Assembly (NCBI GenBank): GCA_044229265.1
Contig: JBGATK010000003.1
Coordinates: forward strand, 24,638-88,637
DNA: 64,000 nucleotides
Reading direction: 5' to 3'
Source of the DNA: Minisyncoccia bacterium
GTDB taxonomy: Bacteria > Patescibacteriota > Minisyncoccia > Phycocordibacterales > UBA9973
The stretch's first letter is position 1, and each line of letters opens with the position of its first letter. Shown here piece by piece: positions 9,130 to 17,043 of the stretch. A program made the position numbers and the translations under genes. The notes beneath the pieces were generated by a model. The model saw only the letters and a list, made by a program, of their open reading frames with translations. It was not told the DNA's origin and did no database searches.

Positions 9130-9463
9130 TTATTTTTCGTCTTTGTATTCATCTGCGTCAGGAACAAATCCTTTTAGAAATTCAGTGGCTACTGCTAAAA
9201 AGTTTTCTACTGATTCTCTTTTCTGAATGAAATCATGCATATTTTTTTCAAAATCGTATTTCATTTGTTCGCAGAGATGTTTTAAGAGTACTAGCTGTAA
9301 GTCTCTTAGAATACAGTATTCTTTATTTCGTTGAAGTAATGTGCCAGCTTCTTTGCTAGTTTCAATCTTCGTCTAATCTTTTAAAGCAAGCCTCGGCTTT
9401 ATCAAGAAATTTTGAAAAAAATAACGGGTAAAATCCGTTAATAGGAACGTTTGGTTGATGCAT
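9130..9463 (-). pseudogene. frameshifted hypothetical gene
   Basis: MHQPNVP...KRLDE in one frame continues as KIETSKEAG...DEYKDEK* in the next; span is 3n+1. Confidence 0.55.
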
Positions 9464-9808
9464 AAATTTTAATTTAATGTGGTTTAACAATAATTTTTCA
9501 AATAAGATATTAAAATTAAGATACCACAAAAATAGATTTTTGGCAATAAAAAAGGGCCTGTATAGCCGGCGCGTGCTTTTTACTTATCACCACATACTAC
9601 CCAATACAGCACATGCATCCCAAAAATATTTAAAACTCGCCTCTGCCAGTTTTCTGTCCTTTGCTGTGATTATGAGTTTTTTATTTTTCATGGACTTTCT
9701 TGATTTATTTTTGATGGGTGATTTGTCTTTCAAAGAAAAGAAAAAAGTTAGAATGTAAGGTGCCCCATTCTTAAGACAAAAAGTTAACCAATTAAATGTA
9801 TTGTATTC

Positions 9809-10610
9809 CTAAGCGATTTTTTTAGCAAATTTCTTTGTAAACTCTCTCGGCGACATACGCAGAGCCGTGTGTATTCGAGAGGTATTGTAAATATGTATGG
9901 TGTGGTAAATCTCATAAACCAGTTCTCCTAAAGTATCAAACCTGTTGGTATCTCCAAGATCAATCTTGAACTTATCATAGTAGCTTTCTTGATACCCATT
10001 CTGCCAAGGTGATCCTTTAGCTGACATTGAAATTTGGATACCACCAGATGTGCAAAAATCTTGAAATATTTCTGAAGTATATTCACTGCCTTGATCGGAG
10101 TGAATGATATCCGGTCGTGGATGATCCATGAGGGCACTGACTAAAGCTTGCAACACTAGAGCGCTAGAATGATTTGCTAGTACACAAACTCCGACTATCT
10201 CTCGATTGTAAATATCTTCAACTGTAGCCACATAAATGAACCTATTCTTGTACCAGAGATATGTAAAATCTGTCACCCAGATTTGATTCATTCTTGTTAG
10301 CGGAGTGGTAATTAACAGATTCGGATATTCTTCATAATCCGTTGATTTTACTCGTTTCCACGGCTTCCTGTGCCTTCTATATGGCTTGATGCCATAGATC
10401 TTCATTACCCGAAGTATTCTTTTCTTGTTTAGCTTGAGCTCTATTGCCAGCCTCTTGTGTCCATAACTAGGAAAAGTCTCCCACACCTTCTCTATTTGTT
10501 TTTTAATTTCTCCATCTTCACTTCTCTTCTTGCTTTTGTAATACAAAGAACTTCTAGAAACTTCAAATATCTCATGAAGCTTCTTATGGTTTACCGCCAC
10601 CCCTTTTTTT
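9809..10610 (-). CDS. IS3 transposase OrfB (rve DDE domain), via -1 frameshift
   Basis: WVTDFTY, IIHSDQGSEY, SPWQNGYQES motifs; AAAAAAAG slippery site at ~10603-10610 (minus strand). Confidence 0.93.
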
Positions 10611-10854
10611 GTCCAACCCCTAGTTGGACTGTGAGCTCTCCGATGATTTGCTTTAATTCCTTGTTTTCTTTGGTGAGCTTCATTATCTCTTTGGATGTTG
10701 TTCCTTCGACACCACTTTTTAACCATTCGTATATCGTAGTTTTACTAATGCCATGTTCCTCTGATATTTCTTTGATTGTTTTACCACTCGTCTTTACTCT
10801 TTCCAATATTTGATTTTTTAGATCTTTACCCACTCTAAATTTTTTATTAGACAT
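10591..10854 (-). CDS. IS3 transposase OrfA (HTH)
   Basis: TIKEISEEHGISKTTIYEW HTH plus leucine zipper. Confidence 0.93.
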   Translation of the reverse strand: MSNKKFRVGKDLKNQILERVKTSGKTIKEISEEHGISKTTIYEWLKSGVEGTTSKEIMKLTKENKELKQIIGELTVQLGVGQKKGWR

Positions 10855-10938
10855 ATGCTCAATTAAAATTACTGGTATATCGACTATTATACCGCTAATC
10901 TTGGTTGAAAATGTGTCTTAATTTTGGGGTACCTGTCA

Positions 10939-11115
10939 GAACGAATAATGAATTTATTTTCTAAAAAATCTACAATCACGAATGATGAAGTAGAAAAACT
11001 TTTGCATTGCTCGGATGCAACGGCAACGAGATATCTCTCACAACTAGAAAAAGAAAATAAGATAAAAAGAAATGGGAAAGAGCGAGGTAAGTATGTATCA
11101 TATTCTAAAATCTAG
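10939..11115 (+). pseudogene. winged-HTH (DeoR/Fic C-terminal-like) protein fragment interrupted by IS3
   Basis: ITNDEVEKLLHCSDATATRYLSQLEKE; frame rejoins KKRKKLE (9733-9753) across the IS. Confidence 0.75.
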
Positions 11116-11172
11116 ATAAAAAAATCCCCGAGTGAACGAGGATTTATATAATCATATTTGAAACTTGTAAAT

Positions 11173-11532
11173 CTAACTACCTAAAAAATTATTTCTGTTA
11201 TCATCGTTATCAAATAACGGTACATATTCCATATCTTCTGCGGTTGGGAACGCAAGTTTTGTTGTATTTCTTATGTTTGCCCATTTTTCATCATCAATCT
11301 GGTTTAGCTCAATGTTCCTTAGCTTGTTGTCTTCAAGTATTTTTAAGACTTCCACAGATTCTTTGTTCTCTTCAAACCATTTGGAAAATTGTCTGTATTC
11401 CTCCAGTTTTTGTTTCCCGTTCTTGAGTGTAGAGATTTGATCATAATGATGTATGAAAAGCCTGTCTAAAAATGGAACATTTTGGATGTAAGTTTCAAAT
11501 AGCTTCAAAAATTTTTCATTTTGCGTATTCAT
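11173..11532 (-). CDS. hypothetical protein, paralog of 12139-12456
   Basis: Shares FLxxxExY, WFExNKES, PT and LFDN motifs with the paralog. Confidence 0.8.
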   Translation of the reverse strand: MNTQNEKFLKLFETYIQNVPFLDRLFIHHYDQISTLKNGKQKLEEYRQFSKWFEENKESVEVLKILEDNKLRNIELNQIDDEKWANIRNTTKLAFPTAEDMEYVPLFDNDDNRNNFLGS

Positions 11533-11616
11533 GATTTTTGTATTTTAAGTGAATAATAAGTTTTCAGAAAAATAGCTTTCGCTGAAAACTTATTATTCAC
11601 TGTATTTATCAAAGTA

Positions 11617-11813
11617 CCTTATATCTGTATATTCTGCCTTTTTCCCTGTATTGTCAATCTAATTTAGGGAGCAGAAAGGTGCGCGAAAGGGAGGGTGGGT
11701 AAGCACCTGTATTCTGCGCCTTCAGGCATTTCCGCTAGGGTGTTCAGGGCTAAATGACGAGCGCCACGGTGTATTGCAAATTAATTCTCGAAGACGAAAG
11801 TCATACTCTCTAA
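11617..11813. repeat. direct repeat copy 1 (includes minus-strand TTGACA promoter block)
   Basis: Two near-identical blocks (~43 bp and ~100 bp) shared with 13496-13713. Confidence 0.9.
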
Positions 11814-12039
11814 TGAAATTAGTAGCTAGAGTATGCGGCTTATTGACATTTCCATTTAAGTCCATCATGTCTCCAGTAATACATAGAATATCAATCGAAG
11901 TTCTTGCTCTAGAATATAAAAATTCCTACAATCTCTCTAAGAACAATTTAATTTTATCATTATCCAACTTTATACCTTTACTTAGATCTTCACTTAAATG
12001 GAAATCCGTTAGATGCAAAATATATATTGGGTTTGACAT
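11810..12039 (-). pseudogene. calcineurin-like metallophosphoesterase N-terminal fragment
   Basis: MSNPIYILHLTDFH...IDILCITGDMMD, in-frame TAG at 11926-11928, truncated at the repeat. Confidence 0.75.
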
Positions 12040-12138
12040 TTATTTATTGTATAGTTCTTTCAATAATTGAGAAAATTAATTTAATATAATAAAAAAGGTC
12101 ATCTATATGATGACCTTAAATAAATCTTAAGAATTAAA

Positions 12139-12456
12139 TTAATTATCAAAAAGACCTATAGGCTCTTCAACACTAGCCAATGTTGGCATCATGAATTTTA
12201 TCTTGCCTCGTTCTAAATTAATCTCATTTCTTCTATTTTGAATCAACTTCTGTATTTGATTTTCGTGCTTATCAAAAACAGATAAAACAACCTGTGATTC
12301 CTTATTTTTTTCGAACCACGTATCAAATGAATCAAAATCTGCCAATTTAGTTTCAGGATCCAATTCTACATAATAATGATAAAGTAGTACTCCATTATAT
12401 GGAAAACGCGTTAAGTAAGCTTCTAACATTGTTAGAAAAATCTGTTCTTTGTGCAT
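12139..12456 (-). CDS. hypothetical protein, paralog of 11173-11532
   Basis: 105 aa ORF, motif similarity to the paralog, leader hairpin. Confidence 0.8.
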   Translation of the reverse strand: MHKEQIFLTMLEAYLTRFPYNGVLLYHYYVELDPETKLADFDSFDTWFEKNKESQVVLSVFDKHENQIQKLIQNRRNEINLERGKIKFMMPTLASVEEPIGLFDN

Positions 12457-12665
12457 TTTATAAAATTTTAGCCGTTGGGCTTCTATAAAAACATAGATTT
12501 ACCACAGCCAAAAAGCTTTATCATTACCTTTTGGCTGTGGTAAATCCAATACCATTTACAAGGTTCAAATATATGATTTACATTAATTATGCCAAAAGCT
12601 AAAATATAAATCAAGTAATCTCAGGTGATTAAAAATATAACGCAATAAAAGGAGAAGAGATCAAA

Positions 12666-12884
12666 GTGCTTAGATTCCTCCGTTATTATTCAGTCTTTAA
12701 TGTTGAAGACATTGAAGGTGCTGAATTAGACCTAAACCGGTTTAAAGAGGTAAAATTGACCGATAGCTTGATAGAAAACAGCTCTTCTTATCTTATGAAT
12801 GTCCTCAAAGAAGACCCGAAATATATCTTCAAGATTTCGGCTGAAGCTCAAAAGGCTGTGAACCTAATAATAGGTGCTCATTGA
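12666..12884 (+). pseudogene. ArdC-like antirestriction/ssDNA-binding protein remnant
   Basis: LRYYSVFNVEDIEG fused to SYLMNVLKEDPKYIFKISAEAQKAVNLI; the central HExxH region is missing. Confidence 0.7.
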
Positions 12885-13495
12885 GTTGATTAATTGTAAT
12901 TTTAATTAGGAATTGCTATAATTTAACAAAGTTATAATTTTGCTCATTGTCAGTTAAAATTAATAATAGGACAGAGGTATATATATAAATATTATTTATA
13001 TATGTATATAAAATATTCATTATCAAGCTTATGATTATGAAAATAATCTTAATTTTCCTTGGATTTTATAGTAAGATAGATTATATTCGCCTAATTTTAT
13101 TGAACAGGATAGAAAAAGACGAAGCAGTCAATATTTTCAACCTGAACTCAATTTTCAAGTCAATATTATTGATAGTAGTAACTAAAATAAAAGTGGGCAC
13201 CTGTTAGGTACCCACAACGCTCATAAGAGCAGGTGGAGTATTAAATGTAATACCAAGTGTTCTAATGCAATTCTGAGTTGCCTTAGATTTTCAGCTTTAG
13301 TATTATCATTCCTCCACTTTTGGAGAAAAGTAAAAATACTCATAAGAACAAATTTTACATTTCTCCAGTTATCTCAAAAGCGCTAATAATTACATTAGCG
13401 CTTTTATTTTTTAATCATTAGTAGAGAAGAAACTGTTCAGAAACAAAAAAGCCACCTAGATGGTGGTGGTGCAATGAGGGGTGGAATGTCGCGTG

Positions 13496-13713
13496 CCTTA
13501 TATCTGTATATTCTGCCTTTTCCTCTGTATTGTCAATCAAGGGAGGCAACTTCGTGCACGCAAGGGTGGGAGCCCCGACGTAATCGTCGGAGCTGGGGGC
13601 AAGCACGAGGCTTCTGCGCCTTCAGGCATTTCCGCTAGGGTGTTCAGGGCTAAATGACGAGCGCCACGGTGTATTGCAAATGAGTTCTCGAAGACGAAAG
13701 TCATACTCTCTAA
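13496..13713. repeat. direct repeat copy 2
   Basis: Matches 11617-11813 with a divergent, longer middle. Confidence 0.9.
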
Positions 13714-14021
13714 CAGCTATATTGAAAAAGAGGATGGGGGTTGGCGTAACCGCTGGGGGAAGGAACACTTCCTTCCCCCAACTAGTGGTGTGCAATTTTC
13801 TTTTCCTGAACGGCTCATTTCTTCCCATTTTAGCCGTTCCTTGTAAAATGCACACCTCCTAGGCTGGCGCTCGAGCCCTAGCGGAAATGCCTGAGGCGGA
13901 TGCCGAGGGTGCCACCCTTTAGCACTGAACACAATACTACAGAAATGAAAGAAGGCTCAATATAAAAACTGAATTTTGCATTTAAATTTCACACTTCCTT
14001 CTTTGAAGGAAGTTGACCGAG

Positions 14022-14286
14022 CCCATCGCCCATACCAAATCAAAAGAAACCCCCGCCGAATCATAAAGAATGCTTGTCCGCCAACACTTCGCAAAGCGAA
14101 GTGGGCGGAGGATTGCGATGGGACTCGGGCAGGATGCCGAGCTTGCTCGGCATCTGTTGAATTTGATAGAATTAAGATATTAGTAGAGCGTAAGAATTAA
14201 TTTAAATTAACACTTTGCGTGGAGCGTACACAATCATTCATTTGGTCCTCAAAAAAAGTTCGCGCATTGGTAATGATTAGACCACA
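14022..14286. repeat. inverted repeat arm B ending in the CCACA core (putative attR)
   Basis: 265 bp reverse complement of 6098-6362, one mismatch seen near the distal end. Confidence 0.95.
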
Positions 14287-14331
14287 CTTATAAAAAAGAG
14301 TCTTCGCAAGAAGGCCTTTTTTATTGTGTGG
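14282..14331 (+). terminator. hairpin likely the original tRNA-Ala terminator
   Basis: CCACAC..ATAAAAAAG-agtcttcgcaagaaggc-CTTTTTTAT.GTGTGG. Confidence 0.65.
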
Positions 14332-14503
14332 AACGTAAGCAAAGTATCTATTTACTTTGCGTCAGGACGAGAAAAGCTTTTCGTTACAAATTTTGATTAA
14401 AATCAAAATTTGTCGAAAAGGTATACTGTTCCTGTAAGGAAAGAGTCCTCTACTGTCCACAAATTTTAAAGCCATTTCTATGATGTAGAAATGGCTTTGT
14501 TTT

Positions 14504-14848
14504 TTAATACGTTGTCTGCATTTTACGTAATAAGACATATATCCTCTTTGTTATGCCTATTATTTCCCACAAGCGTGGATCCAACTCACGTGCACCTTCC
14601 CAGGATTGATGATGTAATAAAATTTCATGGAAATCTACAAGCGATTTTAAATGATGATTTACATCTTTCCAATTGTGGTTGTTAAAATCTTCATCAAAAA
14701 GGAAATTTTCGACAAAGTCAAAAGATTCCTTTCTTTTTTCAAATTCGGTATTAATTTCAGGGCCGAACTTTATAAAGTTATTAATGCCACTGAAAAAAAC
14801 AGTGGTTCGTGCTCGGTCAAAAGCTGTGAGTTTTTCTGTCTGCATCAT
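14504..14848 (-). CDS. hypothetical protein
   Basis: 114 aa ORF with its own promoter-like upstream and terminator. Confidence 0.65.
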   Translation of the reverse strand: MMQTEKLTAFDRARTTVFFSGINNFIKFGPEINTEFEKRKESFDFVENFLFDEDFNNHNWKDVNHHLKSLVDFHEILLHHQSWEGARELDPRLWEIIGITKRIYVLLRKMQTTY

Positions 14849-14974
14849 TGGGTAATTAAATTTTTTAAAAAAGAATTTGTTTCTATATTCAAACTAACAC
14901 AAAAATAAAAAAAGTCCAAACAAAAATCCCCCATCAAATAAGGGGGATTTTTGTTAATTTAATTGAAAATTAAA

Positions 14975-15682
14975 TTACATATTACTTGAAGCCATCGCTT
15001 GAGGCTCACTCATACTCTTGCCTTTGTAGAAAACTCCACCTAAAAGCAATACGAAACCAACCACAGAAGAAATACCTATAAGCCAGTATCCAGTATCTTG
15101 TGACACAGAACCTGCTGCTAGGAAACGGAAAGCCCATGTGAAAGTAATGAGCAAAATACCAACAGAAAACATTATAGAACGCATACGCACTAAAGCACTG
15201 TCGGATTGCATACCTACTACTAGTAAAACCAATGCTGAAGGCACCCATACTGCATACATAAGCCATTGATCAAGCTGGCTCAATATACTAGTAATACCTG
15301 AACCCAAACCAGAAAGGTCTAGACCTGCAATACCTGCAAGCTGGAAAAGTGTTCTGCAAAGAGCTAATAGCAAAAACACACCTATCCAAAAACCTTTTTG
15401 TTTTCCTTCTGTGCCAGCATACATCATAAGTATGAAAGCTATCATTGAAACCCAAAGCACAAGGTCAGAAATAAGGAACATAACACTTTGTGTAGTGCCA
15501 CTTGTTTTTAGTATTGTGAAAGAAATTAAAAACAAAAACACGAATGTAGAAACAAAATAATAAGAGAGGTATTTTACCTTCTCTGGCGCAGGTTGCATTT
15601 TCGCCTTACGCATATAAAGAATTATCCAAGACAGAACCACTATCACTGCATCAGCTAAAGCTGTAAAACCTATAAATTCCAT
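14975..15682 (-). CDS. seven-TM membrane protein
   Basis: About seven hydrophobic helices; divergent from the histidine kinase. Confidence 0.85.
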   Translation of the reverse strand: MEFIGFTALADAVIVVLSWIILYMRKAKMQPAPEKVKYLSYYFVSTFVFLFLISFTILKTSGTTQSVMFLISDLVLWVSMIAFILMMYAGTEGKQKGFWIGVFLLLALCRTLFQLAGIAGLDLSGLGSGITSILSQLDQWLMYAVWVPSALVLLVVGMQSDSALVRMRSIMFSVGILLITFTWAFRFLAAGSVSQDTGYWLIGISSVVGFVLLLGGVFYKGKSMSEPQAMASSNM

Positions 15683-15797
15683 AATTAATTTTAAATAAAA
15701 AATAAATTAATAATATCGACTTTTTGCTTATCAAATAAGCTTTATGTATAATGTATATATTATAACAAGGGGTTTTTTTAAAAACAATACAAAAACA

Positions 15798-16985
15798 ATG
15801 GAAGAAGAAAAGCTTAAAAATGATATAGCCTCAATACCTGTCCTAAAGCCAGTTTTTCCAATATTTATAAAACTTTTTTTGGCATTCTTTTTTCTTAGTC
15901 TTTTTACTATAGTCGCCAATTCTATACTAGTATTTTGGACATATACAAATGCAGACGTGGGTTTGACCGCCGAACAATCCACCAGCCTCTTTAATGCATT
16001 TAAAAGTAATTTTGTATTTGTAATACTTTTTGTAATCATTCCTGCAATTATACTTTCTATACAAATGTCAGAAGACATAGCTTCACCTATTCGTCTTATC
16101 ACAAAAAATATTAAAGAAATTGCTGTTGGAAATTTAAATATAAAACTTTTCTCCAAACGTAAGGACGAATTTGGAAATTTGATAAATATTTTTAACACCA
16201 TGACTCAAAAATTGCGCGAAGTAAAAGAGCGCAATGAAGAAATTTCTAAAATGAAATCAAACTTCATCACTGTAGCCTCCCACCAGCTTCGTACTCCAGC
16301 CTCTGGTGTGCGCTGGGGGCTCGATGCCTTACTTTCTGAGGGCAAGGGTCCGCTCAATCAAGATCAAAAAGAAATTCTTTACAAATGTATCGAACGCAAT
16401 AGCGAAACAATTAAAAATATCGACGACCTTTTAAATGCTTCACAAATAGAAGAAGACAATTTCCCTTATGATTTTCAAGACATGCACGTATCACCAGCTA
16501 TCGCTCAAGCTGTAAAAATTTTTGAAAATGAAGCTCGTATAAAAGAACGTAAAATTGTTTTTGAAAATAAATTAAATGGCACAGAGAAAATCTTTGCTGA
16601 CCCAGCACGCATGAGTATTGTTTTCAAAAACCTTATTGAAAATGCCATAGAATACAGTACCAAGAATACCGATGTAGAAGTTAGCGCTGAAATTGAAGGT
16701 GATTATATTTTAATACAAGTAGCCAACTACGGTATTGGTATCAAAAAAGAAGATCAGGATAAAATTTTTAATCAATTCTTCCGCGCTGACAATGCCCTAC
16801 TAGCCAAACCAAATGGCATAGGCCTCGGATTATATATTTGTAAAAATATTATCGAACGCCATAAAGGGCGAATCATAGGCACTACAAACAACAATGGTAA
16901 AACCGTATTCTCTGTTTACTTACCTATACCGAAAAATTTGATAACCGAAAAACCAAAAATCGAAGAATTTTTAGAAACTTTGTAA
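15798..16985 (+). CDS. sensor histidine kinase (2 TM, HAMP, HisKA, HATPase)
   Basis: RKDEFG HAMP, ASHQLRTP H-box, NLIENAIEYS N-box, GIGLGL G2 box. Confidence 0.95.
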   Translation: MEEEKLKNDIASIPVLKPVFPIFIKLFLAFFFLSLFTIVANSILVFWTYTNADVGLTAEQSTSLFNAFKSNFVFVILFVIIPAIILSIQMSEDIASPIRLITKNIKEIAVGNLNIKLFSKRKDEFGNLINIFNTMTQKLREVKERNEEISKMKSNFITVASHQLRTPASGVRWGLDALLSEGKGPLNQDQKEILYKCIERNSETIKNIDDLLNASQIEEDNFPYDFQDMHVSPAIAQAVKIFENEARIKERKIVFENKLNGTEKIFADPARMSIVFKNLIENAIEYSTKNTDVEVSAEIEGDYILIQVANYGIGIKKEDQDKIFNQFFRADNALLAKPNGIGLGLYICKNIIERHKGRIIGTTNNNGKTVFSVYLPIPKNLITEKPKIEEFLETL

Positions 16986-17043
16986 TAAAAAATCCCGAAG
17001 TTAAATAAATAACTCCGGGAAATATAAAGCGTTTAACCCCGCT

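Larger units (their letters stand above)
9754..10938 (-). mobile_element. IS3-family insertion sequence
   Basis: Imperfect terminal IRs (TGTAAGGTGCCCC.. / ..GGGGTACCTGTCA), GAA 3 bp target duplication at 9751-9753 and 10939-10941, orfA/orfB arrangement. Confidence 0.95.
4405..14286. mobile_element. integrative element at the tRNA-Ala 3' end
   Basis: CCACA core at the tRNA end (4405-4409) and at 14282-14286, where a displaced tRNA-type terminator follows; recombinase gene adjacent; cargo of orphans, pseudogenes and an IS3. Confidence 0.8.

Noticed and set aside
9477-9758. 93 aa ORF ending at the IS3 boundary
   Set aside because: Out of frame with the interrupted wHTH gene and stops inside the IS end; probably spurious
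11926-11928. Stop-codon reassignment suggested by an in-frame TAG
   Set aside because: Core genes terminate normally at TAG/TAA and long ORFs show no internal stops; the fragment is also truncated, so it is a pseudogene
11774-12070. 98 aa plus-strand ORF, and similar ORFs at 13418-13932
   Set aside because: Shadows of the minus-strand phosphoesterase relic and of the GC-rich repeats; no protein-like features
14975-15682. Possible microbial rhodopsin
   Set aside because: No retinal-binding lysine within the seventh helix
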